The notes below the pieces were generated by a model. The model saw only the letters and a program-made list of their open reading frames with translations. It did not search any database and was not told the DNA's origin. From Takakia lepidozioides (lineage: Eukaryota; Plantae; Bryophyta), in contig CM060731.1 in the NCBI GenBank assembly GCA_030704615.1, positions 69,068,001 to 69,132,000 of the forward strand: a DNA stretch of 64,000 nt, in the 5' to 3' direction. Of the stretch, positions 50,041 to 63,187 are shown one piece after another. Within the stretch, counting starts at the first letter, position 1. Each line of letters begins with the position of its first letter. The position numbers and the translations under genes are program-made.

Positions 50041-53018
50041 TACTTGACGGGTGTGGTATTCTCTTCTCCCCCTTCCCTGGGCCGTCTCCCATTTTTCAGC
50101 CTTCATGGCGTGGTTTCTGTGAACGAGGTTATTTTCTCCTCTCACTATCAAGGGGCCTGATTTGTGTTTGCCTTTGTAATTGTTTTTAAGGATTAATTTA
50201 CCATCCCCATGGCTGGTAGACCAATGAATTACTATTTATGCCAGCCACAAGCGTTTGTGTCTTTTTTGTTTTTACAAGGATTTACAAAGTCCGGTCCAGT
50301 GTTTTTTTCTTTTATTTTTGCTGGCAAAATTTCGCCAAATTTGGACCTCAAAAAATAAAATAAAATATTCTGCAAATTCCCTGGTTTTTCATGGATGTAT
50401 TCGCCAAATATGGATGATATTACGGGTGGATGATTCTGTCCTAATTTCAATGGATGAACAGAATGTATGGCTATTTGTTCCAAAACTCTCTAGCCACTCG
50501 CACATTTTTCCAAATTCCAGAATAAATAACCACTTCTGTTTTTGTTTATTTAAGAAAAAAATGTGTAGTGGTGTTGGGAATCTTGACTTTGTCTTTGACT
50601 CGATATCATCATCATGACTATTCCAGTCCAGAAATCTAAAATTTTGTCTTTGGTGCTATTTGTGAAATGGCCCAAACCTTGGCAAAAAAGTACACTTGGC
50701 CATGAAGCTGAAAGCCGCCGCCCAAATAACAGAATGAATTTTATAACATTGCATGAAAGTAGGGCGGTTAATGGGGTAAAGATTGAGACAAAGTTTGGCA
50801 TGGACAGTAGCAATATACAATATACATTTGTAAAGTATCTTACATTTGCTAATGATACCAACTCTGGTGAGCAAGATCTATTCTCATGGGCGGCCATTGT
50901 ACAATAAACCCTTTGTGTTATCATACCATTCAACATGTGGGTTCGGAGATTCTCACAGGTTTGGAGATTTGGTGGGGGGAGGGCATGTTTATTTTTTTAA
51001 TTTTATCTATTTAATTATTTTGCTTGTTTATTCAGCTTAGCTCAGCGTTTTTTTTTTTATTGGCGATGAAAATCCTGAAAAAATAAATGAAACAAAGGGA
51101 GAAAGACGTCCAAATAAGGCAGTTTTCGCCAAAAGGGGGGGGGGTCCTCAAAAAGGTCATGGCCCGGGGACCAACAGGGCAGCATAGATGTAGCCATGGC
51201 GGGCCCATGCTGGATGATCTGACGAGGCCAGATGAGGAGTGGGTTTAGGATTGTGGGGCCTCCTCACTTTTCCATGGAGATGCTTGTGACCTGTTTTGCC
51301 AGAACTATACACCTCGTTTGTACCAATTAGCCTATGGTTTTCACATAGAAAGAGTTCCATTCGCCTATGGCTTTCAACTATTTGTGTACTTCGCCTTCTA
51401 TTGTTCATCAACATCCATTTCATTCGTAATACATGTAGCCTACCAATTCTAGGAAAATTACCTAGAGTGGGCCACTTGCACTACCCTACACCCAATATAT
51501 ACATAGCCACTCTTCCACTTCTTCTAATATATTTTCTAGGGCCTCTGTCCCTGTTCCGAAAAAAAAAACAAAAAAAAACAGTTGTTTTTCAGAAAAGAGG
51601 AAATAATGAAACCCCTTCCGCCGTCCGATCGGTAGCCGTCCGCCATACACAATATTCGGTGAGGTCTATTTTTAGTTATTAAATAATATTAATAAAAACA
51701 TTGTTTTTGTTTTGTGAGGAGGAAGACGGACAACGGGAATCCATGGCGGTCTAGAGCTGACGTGGGAGGAGGCCCGCACTGCCCACCAGCCAAGCTTCCA
51801 TCGTGCCATGTCGCTGGAGCTCCGATCCTGATGGGCGGTAGTGGGTAGAGTCTGCTTGGCTGGGAGTCCTGCTCCTTTCCAGTTTCTTTGGTATAGGGTA
51901 AGGCCCGAGGAGGGGGGCCTTCCTGAAATAAGGAAATCGGCTCAAATTTCCTTAGGAACAGACGGTTTGGATTAATTTTCTCTACGAACTTTAAGCGTAA
52001 GGTCGAGAGGATGGCACCTTACGCCCAGTAAGGTACCCTCCACATACACCAAGAAATTTGAGCCAGTTCTTCACGAGGTCGAGATTGACTGTGGTGAGAA
52101 GGACGAAAGAGGTGCGGGAGAGATAGGGCCTGAGCTAGGTAAGTACTGATGAGTATGGAGTTGGAGAGAATCGGCTAGGTGCAGTAATTGTGGGCCAGCG
52201 ATCAGGTGGAGGCGTAAGCTTCGACCGGAGCAGCTTGACAAGCGCTTCTGGAGAAGAACTGGATAGTTCTCAGTGTCATAACGATGTTCGAGACATGTGG
52301 ACATGATCAATAAACTATGTGCTAGAGGGGTGCTAGAGTAGCCCTCACATCGATCTGCGTGCGGGAGAGCGGACTTATGGTAGAATCTGCACTAAATTGA
52401 AGGGTGTTAGACACATGTTTCGACATCTCCTGTATGATGAGGAGTTTTGATACAGGCTGCAGCATCCTCTCCGGAAGTTAGGCACGGGATTCCTTCAGAG
52501 TCGTTGCGCCTCGCGAGGATGTGAGCAGGGCTTCTTGCTGGACAAAGGACTGCAGTAGATCCAACCGTTCGCACCTTAGGCATGATCTCGTCTACCTTAG
52601 AGCAGGGCCCGTCATTGCAAAGATTCTCAATTGATAAATTGTCCAGCTTGAAGATTTACTTGTTCTCCATCGGAAAACCGCGCGCACAAAGATCCATGAA
52701 CCATCAAGAGTGCAGTGAGGACCACCAGCCTGCTATACAGCACTGTGTGGACTATATGGGACAGAAGTAGATTGTAAACATAGAACTTGCAAGGGTCTGT
52801 TGGTCAGAATGGTGGATGTTTTCGTTGACAGACGAGTGACACGCAGCCTGTCCCATGAGCTGCAAGCCCGTGCAGCAGCTCATGCACAATATACCACCTC
52901 TTTCTTGCCATCACGGCCAGCACAGCCACCCCAGCATATCCACTATGAGATTTCAAATGCGGCCATGACAGGTACAGTTATGGGAGCATACAACACGAGC
53001 AAGGCTGAGATAGCCTCA

Positions 53019-56000
53019 ATGGATGGATTTGCCCAGAGAAACACCACTGAGGAGATCTTGTTGAGGAACTTCCTGGATAATGGGTCCATGGGCTTGGCCA
53101 CCAACGGCCTGGACGCCATAGGTATTTCACAGCCTGCTTCTGCCCCAGAGACAAACCGCGGCAACAGTGAGGAGCTTTTCAGTAACTGGATCTCGACCAC
53201 TACCGCCTTTAATCAGGTACATATGTACATGTACTGCTTGAAGTCCTCAGGTGAGACAATAAAGAGTGAACAACCCACACGTTATGTGGATGCAATTCTC
53301 ATGAATCCGGTAAAGCTGAGACCAGTTTACTGCTCGGCGCGCCTGCTTCTAGAGCTAAACAATGTATCATTTCAGAAACGTTTGGTTGAGCACTCCACGT
53401 GCAACAAATTGAAAGCAATTAAAGTTACATTAAAACAGCTTGTCGTTATGGGACGTTTATCTAGGTGCAACAAATTCAGTGGATCATTGAGGCCGACGTT
53501 ACAAGATACTCTGAAAGTCCCCCGTAGACACGGTCCTAGTATGCAAAATGTAAAATTCTTGAGCAAGTCTTGCAGTTCAAAATCTTGGTTAATTTGAAGA
53601 CCACACTCTAGAGAACATCCGCCTGGTTGATTTTTGAACAATCAAACTTGGATCTGGACTTTAGTAAACATTCGTGCGCATGAAAGTTTTCGAGAATTAT
53701 TCCTGAGCTTCAGATCACCAGTTGTTGTGGATTTGTACGCTATTAAAGCGTCCTAATGGTGAGTAATACATGCTGGAGACTCGAGAGCTGGAGGATTCGT
53801 CTCATCAGGATATATACGGGAGATATTCTGTTTCAATAGGCATAAATCGAACATCCAGGAAATAATCTCGAGCTGCATAGGACTCATGCCATGAAGCAAA
53901 TCATAACAACGAAAATGAAAAATATACACTCGATTTCATAAACACAAGGCCCAGGATAATGTTTTTGTGGGCGGGCCTTGATCACTGAAGATGGTTGTTT
54001 GGAGCCCAGGCTTTAGCTCTGGCATTGAGCCTGGGCAGCTGTTACAAATTAACGTGGTAACAGGAATGTGAAAACGGTGTGCAGGATCCAGGCTACAGTG
54101 GTGAGTCGCCAGTGCCAAATGGGTACCGCACCAGGAAAACACCTCGCAGGTGTGGACCCAACATTTTGAACTATGGATGCATACTTACAGATGTGTACAT
54201 GTGTACTATGTAAAGGCCAGAGTAGATGGATGATCTGCTTAAGAAATGTTATCTCGCAACTCCTCTTTGTATGGCAGATGCTGTGACGACGTTTTCTTGG
54301 AAAGCAAAAACATCAAGATTGTTTTTCTGCACAGTTGAAAATTCGACCTTGCAGCAACTTGTCAATATTCGTACGACCTGTCATGTGCTTAGAACTCCCG
54401 AGTGAACTATCTACAGGTGTATTCCTGGCGGTATGCACAATATTCACTGTGCAATACCTGCTTACCTAGGCAGACATGCTCGACGTGCGGAAAATCTATT
54501 TATCAGACCAAGTTTACTTCGGTACATTCAGGAAGCCGTGAAATAGTTATAATCTCATTTCAATTTGGCTACGGTGCACCCAGGTTGTCGAGTGAGCTTG
54601 TAGCCATCATAGAACAGCAGAACAACTTCAATTACAGCACCAACATCAATGCTCCAATTGTCAGCAGTAGCGGCAATAGTAGCAGGGCGCCATATGAGCG
54701 TGTGGACAACTGGGAGCAGGCCTTCATGCTGCAAGCTAGCTCTCTGGCTGACACAGATATATATGCTGGTGATCATGCAAAGTCCAGGTAACTCTACATA
54801 TTTATGATAAGGCCCTGTCATCGAGAGAAGGCGTGCACTTCAATTATAATTAAATAACAAGCTGGCACAACTGTTTTGCTGTTGATTCCAGTACTTGTAA
54901 ACTCCTGGATATCTATATGTACTACTGAACATGTTTTAAGATCCAGAGAAGCTGAGAATAGAGTACATTTGAAGCTGAAGTCAGATATTGCTGACGCTTT
55001 CCCCGCCACGGAAATCAATAAGCTGTGGGGCTGACCAGCCCACAATCCAAATCCATAGTTAATTTAGACTTGTTAAGTTATATAGACTAGTGTAATTTCT
55101 TGTACAAATGTACTCCATCCACTAGTGCACCAGTTGAAGTATACCTTAACGTGCATAGATTCTGTGCAATTTTTCTTCTACCAGAACGCCGAATGGTGGA
55201 GATGAAAGGGGACCGCAAACTGCACCAGACTTATCTCAGTTGAAGGTACAGCCACCTCGACTGCCTCCACATTCTTGAGATATTCGTAGCCTTGTGTTAT
55301 CCTTGCTATACTTGTGTTTACCACTCTCAAATACAGGGAAAAGTCTTACCACTGTGTAAGGTTGGACCTGTTGGCTGGTGCTGGCAGGCAGCACAGGCGT
55401 GGCACTGGTTCAACTCATCAGTTCCTATGACTCGCAACCGTTCATCCGAACTAAGGTACTCATGAGATTCTCAAGCCTGGCCTACTTCGTGGTCTCTAGA
55501 TCCGAGAAATGAATGAGGGAAGGGGTGACTATGTGTCAAACAACAAAGAAGGTTTACAGCAACCACAGCACGAAGGAAAATGGAGAAGGGAGTTATTTCT
55601 CACCAGATTCAGGAAGGATATAATGTTGTCCCAGGTAGGCGAAGGAATGCCTAGAGCCCGGGAAGATGATCTTCGGGACTGAGGAAGGGCCAACGTTTAG
55701 ATTTTCCTCTGTAACTAATGTACAAAGACTGGCCAGGGAATGTTCTGCACTGGTCAATCACCTTTAAAGAGGGCCCGGCATTTTGCAAACTCGTTACCTG
55801 TGGACAATATGTTGGGAGTCCTCCTTGAGCATCTGGAAGCTCGTCAAGTGTCTTATTTATGAAACTTCACAACCTCCAAGTTTCCATAGCTGCACATATC
55901 TATCTGTACATACATGTGTGCACATATGTCCTCAGCTTCCCACTGAAATCACCGTCAAAGTTCAAATGAATCTTGAAAACTAATTCTTTCAAGAATATCT

Positions 56001-58595
56001 GACCAGTTGATGTTCCAAAGATGTGAATGGCTCAAGATGAAGCTGACAATTTAGCTCCTGAAGTCTATTTGGATTGGGGATTGTTTGCAGGCGCAAATTC
56101 TCAGAAATGGCGCAGGCTGGGGTGGCATTGGTACAGCCAGACACTAGGTCAATGAATCTGGCCAATCCTGGCCCTGGGTCTTGCATGGATCCATTGAACC
56201 AAGCTTTGGGTGCTTTTTCCCCAGGTCTAGCCAACGGATGGCCTCTTCAAGTGTCTTTGCCAAGTTCACCACAACGTCCAACAGTGGCATCAGCTCCCCT
56301 GTCACCTGTGAAACCCCCACCTATTAACAGATCAGGCGCTTCGGTATCTGCAGTTGTGAGCATGCTTAAAGGAAGCTTGGAGCGCAAGAAAATGGCTCCA
56401 AACCTGCAGGGACATCAATGGGGCACATCCTCCCCACAACCATCTACCCCTCGCACCCAGATGCACGATGATGTGCGCAACTGCACCAGCAGTCAGGCAT
56501 TGGAACAGTCAGGTCCCAAGCAGCCTTTGCAGAACAGCGAACTCAGACTGCCCGGAGGGCAGAGCGTCCCCAAGGCAGGCATGCAGCTTACTCAAGCAAC
56601 CAGTGATTCGTCAGGAGGAGCCCCATCTCTGTCTGTGGGTATGGCAAACAGTGACGGGACTTGCACTTCAGGGCAAACAGTATCCACCCACAGGAACAAA
56701 GGTATGAACTCAGGCAGCGCTGTGGATCAACCCCACCCTGGAACTGGCGGAAACCACCCAGGCCCCAGCTCGCTTGCAGGACCATGTGAGATTCCTGCTT
56801 TTTGTTCCAATTTGAGGCTCAGGACCGTGCTTCTTCTCTTAGATTTTCGACATGGCAAAGAACTATAGACGGCTCGTCGGACCAGTTGATGTACAAGTAC
56901 CAGGTTGTGAAAGTATGCTTTTCTTCTAACAAAAATTGGGCGGATGCGACTTATGAACACATATGCTCATCTGCAACTTTGACAATCAATCTGTCGCTTG
57001 CTGTGCAATAGGTACGGGAGACCCTCAAATTTCCCTGCAAATGCAAGAGAGTTTCCGCAAGGTATTAATTCAAGTCCCCGGGTGCTCCTTGCTAGTATTC
57101 TCTCCAAATCACAGAGACAAGGTTCAATTAGGAGGCCTCATCTGCGGCTTGAGAGTGTGTATAGGAATTCCCATTCACAACATAAGTGGGGAGGTACAGG
57201 ATATAGAGTCGAAATTCTGCGCTAGGCTAGTCGAGGGCTAGTCTAAAGGATCCCTGATTCCTGAAGTACACTTTGTGAATGTGCTTGCAGAATCAGAACT
57301 GGATAGCCGAAACCGTTGAATGCTTCGGCAAGGGCCTAAGTTGCAATGGGATGTTAAGATTTCGTGGAGTAGTTTTTGATGTAATGATTCTGATTCAGTG
57401 TTTCTGATTTTGTGCACACAGAAACCAGATCATTTGAAACGCATGGCATCTATAACTTCCTCGGTGAGATCGGGTAAGGGTCAACTTGAAACTAGAGAAC
57501 CCCAGAATGTGAGATCTTGAAATTGCCTTAAGGACATCTAACAAAAAGCCCTCAAGCTACTTATCTGAACTGAATCTGAACTTTGTTACAAAGGTATGAA
57601 TAATGAAGCATGGGCATCATCAGTATCCATTAGATTCTATTATTATCCTAACTGACACGCTCGGTTCAGCTCTGTTGCGATTCTCTTCAGACTCCTCTAA
57701 AGCGGAGGGGCATTTAAAGATATGTAACATCTATACTTGATTACGTGTTTGATGGTAATGCAGGCTCCAGTGTGGATGCCATAGAGGATGCCACTAAGAA
57801 GCGCCGAGTAGAGCGGCAGCGAAAGTAAGACTACAATCTTTCTCCTCCACAGTTTCTGTCAATAAAAAATCTTAGACAAACTTCCAGACTTGATGGACAA
57901 ACTCGTTATTCCCTGAATTGTGTTGTATTCTTCAGTCTCCTCCTTCTACTGACGTAATCTGGTGATGTTGTCTCTCTTACAGCCATGTATGTGCATTCTC
58001 CTGGTTGTCTTTCCTTATTTTACTTCACACAGGCCCTTCAGACCTTGAGTAGGACATTATAATTTCCAAGCTTCCTTCTTCTTTGTGCTTATCATTGGTC
58101 CACTCAGTACAATCATCAGTGTTCATACAAAGGATGGCTACTAAAAGAGGATTGTTGTGAATGCAGGATGGCAGAGGCTAAGGAGAGGGGTTCCCCACTA
58201 GCAGCAATGCCTGCTGATTTGCAAGCTTCTGTGAAGAGATGCGAGGCATTGGAAAAGGAAGTGCGGTCCCTGAAGCTCAACCTATCCTTCATGAACAGGT
58301 AACTCCTTCAGTCCATGACACCCAGTTGGGTGATTAACTTGGGGCCAAATTAGTCAATGATTTATTACTTGCACAACCATTTAGATAAGGAGCCATTTAG
58401 ATAAGGAGTTGGCAAGGCAACTTTGGCTGGAAGGGTGAAGACACAAAAAAATTGAAAGGCTTATTGGGCTGCAGGAAAGACTCAGAGCAGACAAAGCGGA
58501 TAGAAGAATTAGAGGAGCAGAATGAGGGTCTGCAAAACGACAAGGAGCGTCTGTTAGAGGAGCTTGAGCAGATCAGGCCTGGAGGCACTCCTTGA
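53019..58595 (+). CDS. CYCLOPS: CYCLOPS/IPD3 symbiosis-signalling transcription factor; exons ~53019-53216, 54085-54149, 54584-54787, 55185-55245, 55388-55455, 56091-56785, 57012-57061, 57422-57473, 57764-57824, 58167-58298, 58475-58595
   Basis: RNTTEEILL..RGNSEELF..W; WFNSSVPMTRNRSSELR|RKFSEM; ATKKRRVERQRK|MAEAKER..KRCEALEKEVRSLKLNLSFMNR|KDSEQTKRIEELEEQNEGLQNDKERLLEELEQI. GT-AG introns are in phase. The start may lie further upstream (52809). Confidence 0.93.
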
Positions 58596-59601
58596 GCTAG
58601 AAAACTTCCCGCACGTGGGTATACGTCTCCTACTTTGATTCCATTTTAATAGAACTTGTTGCATCAATTGTTGCATCAAGCTTGCTGCTAAGTCTTGTTG
58701 CGAGTAATCACCAGTATGTCGAAAACTTCTTGTGAGAATGATGCTCCTCATGTTTTAGTCAGAAAGATAAATAGAAGATCAAGGCTTGAATATAGGAAGC
58801 AGGGTGTTGGGTATGGAACTATAAGCTGTGGCAACAAAATGTACATATGCATTCTTGGGACATCAAGGTCATGTGTTGTGTACACTGGGATGGGATTTGC
58901 TTGTCAGCAGATCTTTCATGTTGGTGGTTGTGGCACATCAACTACATAATTAGGGATGTGTGATCAAGCTTGCTGAGTCTCTTTCATGTGTGACATGTAA
59001 ATCCTCAACACAAGCATTTGTTCAACCTAAAGACTACTAAGAGCTGCACCATTGTCAACTCCGTCAAACAAGTCCAAGCCTGTTGAGCAATCCTCATCGC
59101 AACATGCCCTTCTTCTAGACAAGATTGAGAAAAGGAAAGAAGAGGAACTTTACACCGTACATTAGAAGGGAATCAATATCACACAGCTGAGTACACATGA
59201 CCAATGCACATACCTGGCTATACAAGATTCAAGGTTGCCGGAACAAACTGGACAGGAAAGGTTCTCCTCCAGAGTAGAGGCCATGTTGTAACAACAGTTC
59301 ACCAATAGAGGGTGGCATCTGTACCACAATCTGGACAACACAAGCATCACAATACCACCACTCCTGGTAGACATACACAAAATAGGAATTTATGTGTGAG
59401 CTTGAGGAGAACTCTAGTATGGTATGGTGCATACGAAATTCTTGCCAAATTTTAGGCTTCAGAATGAGATGAAGGGTTGGATAAGTAGGTTAACCCTAAA
59501 TCTCACTGTTCCTGCCTCCTAATGTGTCGAGCACAAACTCTCTGTCTAGTTTCATGGAGGTACTAAGGGCTTACCAATTCAATGTGACAGGCAAGCATGG
59601 A

Positions 59602-60012
59602 TTACGAATGCAACCACACTCGGTCCCAAAGTCGCTGAGGACCAGCACCATAAAATTCATCCACCTTTTCCCCATCGCGGTAGAAGCGAAACGTCGGCAT
59701 AAATGAAGAGGCACCCTGCATAGTCGTTGCTCAGCTTGCAAAAGGTCGGCAGCAATTGCCTGCACGCTTGGCACCTGCAACCCTCGAATCAATGAGATCA
59801 ACTGCAATATACGTACATACCTCCAAGCGTACTAATAGGCCTGCCACATGCACCTTGGCAAAACACCCAATCGGAGAAAGCAAGATTGACAACGGGTATC
59901 TCACTTGTCGACAGAACCATGTGCCACGATAGCAGAATGCCCCAAACGAGGACACATCTCCCGAGTTGAGGCAGGGAAAGACTTACCACGGGGCTCCATA
60001 TTTCACCACTGC
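59602..60012 (-). pseudogene. Thioredoxin-like 3-3-type gene, exons 2-3 (59987-60012, 59602-59774), with a frameshifting deletion
   Basis: AVVKYGAPW|CQACRQLLPTFCKLSNDYAGCLFIYADV, then after a frameshift PTFRFYRDGEKVDEFYGAGPQRLWDRVWLHS*. Confidence 0.8.
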
Positions 60013-60318
60013 CTGCACAATCCCAACAGCCACAACCGTTAGAGAACTTTGCCCTTGTGTTTGTTATCCTCCTCAGAATTTCCTGTCAGACGCACTGCGC
60101 AGCTGGCAGCTAATTGCACAGGAACCCTAGATTTCGACAATTCGCGAACCTCCAATCCGTGTTTGGCAGTAGAACTTGGCAGAAGCACGTAACTGCAAAG
60201 AGGTCCAGAAGATCGGCATGATGGAAGAGTCGAAGATATAAGCAGGGTGTTGAATGCTGGAAACACCCCTTTGCCACGCGATCATGCATATACGGACCCG
60301 ACTCATTGTGAGAGCAGA

Positions 60319-60494
60319 ATGGCGCAAGCAAGCGAGGGAGAAAGCAGTAATATCGGTGCAGTGCGGGGGCTGGTGTGTACAGGGGTCTGGACGATGCTTC
60401 GCTGCCTGTCAATTTTCATGGAAACCTTGCAAGCGCTCATAGTGACGACGAGCTCACTAATCTGCTCCATGAAGCCAAGTTTTCCAAGCGTCCT
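60319..60494 (+). pseudogene. Exon 1 of the same thioredoxin-like gene, lying on the opposite strand
   Basis: GLDDASLPVNFHGNLASAHSDDELTNLLHEAKFSKRP|gtgag resembles the family's N-terminus that precedes AVxxYGAxWC; ends in a phase-0 donor. Confidence 0.65.
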
Positions 60495-60959
60495 GTGAGT
60501 TGCTCATATCCCATGTCAAAGATTTCCCCATCTACCTACCTCGCAATTACATCGCCTCGCTCCGTTGCTGATACCTTCCACTCTGCCCGCCCTCCTCAGT
60601 CCAACCCAGCACTCCTCTGCCTTCAATCTCCACTCGATAGCTCAAACCGGCATCAAAATGCATAGGGAAAGTCCCCAAAACTCTGTCTTCTTCGATAACA
60701 CACGCAATGGCGAAGCGTGCTTCACATCGACAAGTAGCTCCTTCCCGGTTCCCAAGTAGCTGTGTAAGTTAGCAGAAGGGCCAGTGGAGGACATACCGCC
60801 ATTTGAGGGCCGTGGACGAGGGCGGTAGCCCGAGGCCCAGGTCCCGAAAATGGCGGAAGCCCCGACACTTGGGTCTTTCTCGTGCATAAAGAACTCCCCG
60901 AGGCTACTTACGGCAAAAAAAAAAAAGTGATCTTACGAAAACCTAAGATCACTATGTAT

Positions 60960-61470
60960 AGGGTAATGCCCTGAGTGGAGGGCATTACCAGATTTAAGGG
61001 CCTGATGCTGATGCCGATAAATCAGGTAATGCCCCATACGAAGGGCATTACCTGCGTAAAGACCAAGGCTGATTTCTTTTTCTTTCCCATCATTTCTTAT
61101 CTTTCTGCCCGTGGCAAGTGGTGAACCTGGAAAAGATTTTGGATATAAAGATAAGGAAATATCGCAGGTGTGCATTACACGCTGTTAAGCTTTATAAGCA
61201 GCAGATATTTGCAAAGAGAAATCAGCCGCAGTGCTTTAAGTATAGTGTAATGCCATGAGTGGAGGGCATTCCCGGATTTGAGGGCCGGATTTGAGGGCAC
61301 TACCCAGGGAAGGCCCGGAAATTTGGGAATACCCTCCACTCAAGGCATTACACTGCATAAAGCACGTGCAACAAAAATGTACAAAAAGGTACGGCGGGTA
61401 TTACACCAGAGTGTAATGCACCACCCAGTCAGCGCATTAAAGGGGAGTGTAATGCCCCGCCCGGCCAAGC
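60960..61470. repeat. TE-like cluster of short inverted motifs (GTAATGCCC / GGGCATTAC)
   Basis: Motif and its reverse complement recur at ~60963, 60980, 61026, 61043, 61248, 61265, 61343, 61413, 61449. Confidence 0.6.
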
Positions 61471-61785
61471 CATGAATTCTGGTTTTTGACGGCACGATAA
61501 ATACAAAGAGAAAAAATGCAAAGTGCTTTATGTATTAGATAATGGCCACCCGGTGGACTCACTAGGTGCCATAATGCGCCCTAGGGGGCGCGTTCCCTGG
61601 CGTAAAGGAAGTTTGGGGGCAGATTCTGCAAGGCCCTATTTGGCTGCAGGCCGTAATGAGCCAATCAAAGTCAAACTGCCGATTAGGAATGCAGAATGCA
61701 CTGGCGCCGTGGAGCGTCGATCTTCTGCTTCCTAATTTGCCTCAAAAAAGGCAAGTTTCCCCCCCCAAAATCCTTTACGTACCCT

Positions 61786-61914
61786 GGAATGGTCGAGACC
61801 CTGCTGGTAACACCGGGTAAGACCACAGGTTGAGGCCGAAGGCCGAGGCTGTTTGACTCTCATAATCGGCCTGTGGTCAAACCCGGCGTTACCAGCAGGG
61901 TCGAGGCCATTTCC
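61786..61914. other. Long imperfect inverted repeat (~45-bp arms) with an internal GGCCGAAGGCC hairpin
   Basis: GACCCTGCTGGTAACACCGGGTAAGACCACAGG pairs with CCTGTGGTCAAACCCGGCGTTACCAGCAGGGTC. Confidence 0.85.
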
Positions 61915-62559
61915 GGTGTGTAATTTGTTTCTGGAGGCAGATTACAAATTTTCATCCAAGTCACTTTCATCTATTTTCATCCAATCCACTTGTCTATCTA
62001 TGTATAGACTGTATTAGCTGGCACGCGTGCATTTTTAGTTGGCTCCCGCGTTGCTTTTTTCAAGTTAACTTCCCGCTTGATTTCTGTTATCTGCTTCGTA
62101 TTCAATGAGTGAGAATGCTCTAATGACGTTGATGCGCTTGTCTACTACAATACAGTTTCTCATAATCCTTGGCAATTAGCTGATAGGAGCAATACTGTGG
62201 CAAATGTTGGAAATCTGAAGATGTTAAATGCTGATGTTGACGATAATCAATTCATCAGTTGCATACTAGACTTTGCAACTATTGAGCAGTCCGACACTCA
62301 TATTGTTGAGTCTGGTGTTGTTACTGAGTCCACTCCATCTGAGATCAATGTGCAATATGCAGATCCATCTGAGATCAAGAAATTGAAGAGATTGAGGACA
62401 ATGAAACTGATGCACAAACTGGCGGTGATCCCTCCATCGCTTGAGGATTTTGGTCAGTTGATCCAGATGAAGAAAACATTGTCAATTCTGGAGATCACAG
62501 GAAGTCCTCTGATGTTGATCGGTGGTCTAGGCGCCGCTTTGATGATTGGAGGAAACACA

Positions 62560-63187
62560 TGAATATTCCTCAGGAAGAGTCGATAGAGGATATGTACGAG
62601 CGTGACGTGAAGAGCTTGTGAAACTACTTAGCGAGTTCTTCATGATGGTACAAAAGCAGGATGGCACATTATATCCCCCGGAGACGTAAGTATCCTTGTT
62701 TCTTGTTTCTGTAATTTCTTATTGCAGTTTGTGTAATATTCTAATCCTAGTCAATGTGAATTGTGTAGGTTTGGAGGTTTATTTGGGGGATCGGTCGATT
62801 GATTCGAGCGCGACTTGAGGCGCGAGCAATGGAGACTGGAGAGCCCGACTCCAGTTCAACATTCTTCGTGATTCTCGATTCAAACAAGTTCGAGTGTCAA
62901 TTGACACTGCTATAAAGCGTTCAGGCAATCAGGGAATTGGACGCAAGCGCAAAGAATGCAAGGGCCTGTCTCGCAATGAAGAGCAGAATATTTTGAACTT
63001 ACCGATTACCTCTAGAGTTGATCCTAGAGGCTGTGTATACAGAATGTGCTTCTATTGTTCGAAGAACTTCTACATCAGGGCTCAGACCGAGATGTATAAC
63101 ATTGTTGACTCTGATTTCACTTTCGATTTTGACGCATTCGAAAATTTATCCGCTACGATGAACAGCAGAGCAAGAATCATAAAATAG
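62560..63187 (+). mobile_element. Crypton-like tyrosine-recombinase (DUF3504-type) relic with an intron (62686-62768)
   Basis: LVKLLSEFFMMVQKQDGTLYPPET | ...SIDTAIKRSGNQGIGRKRKECKGLSRNEEQNIL...RMCFYCSKNFYIRAQTEMYNI..SDF resembles the F..VRK.DG..Y.P.. / G.G......L...EE / F..R...E...L pattern. Confidence 0.6.

Larger units (their letters stand above)
47160..50970. repeat. Pair of ~345-bp inverted dispersed repeats (47160-47505 and 50641-50970)
   Basis: Antiparallel pseudo-ORFs 47296..47526(-) and 50614..50907(+) are near-identical (ILSLVLFVKWPKPWQK...NFIT.HESRAV.GV.IETKFG). Confidence 0.85.
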
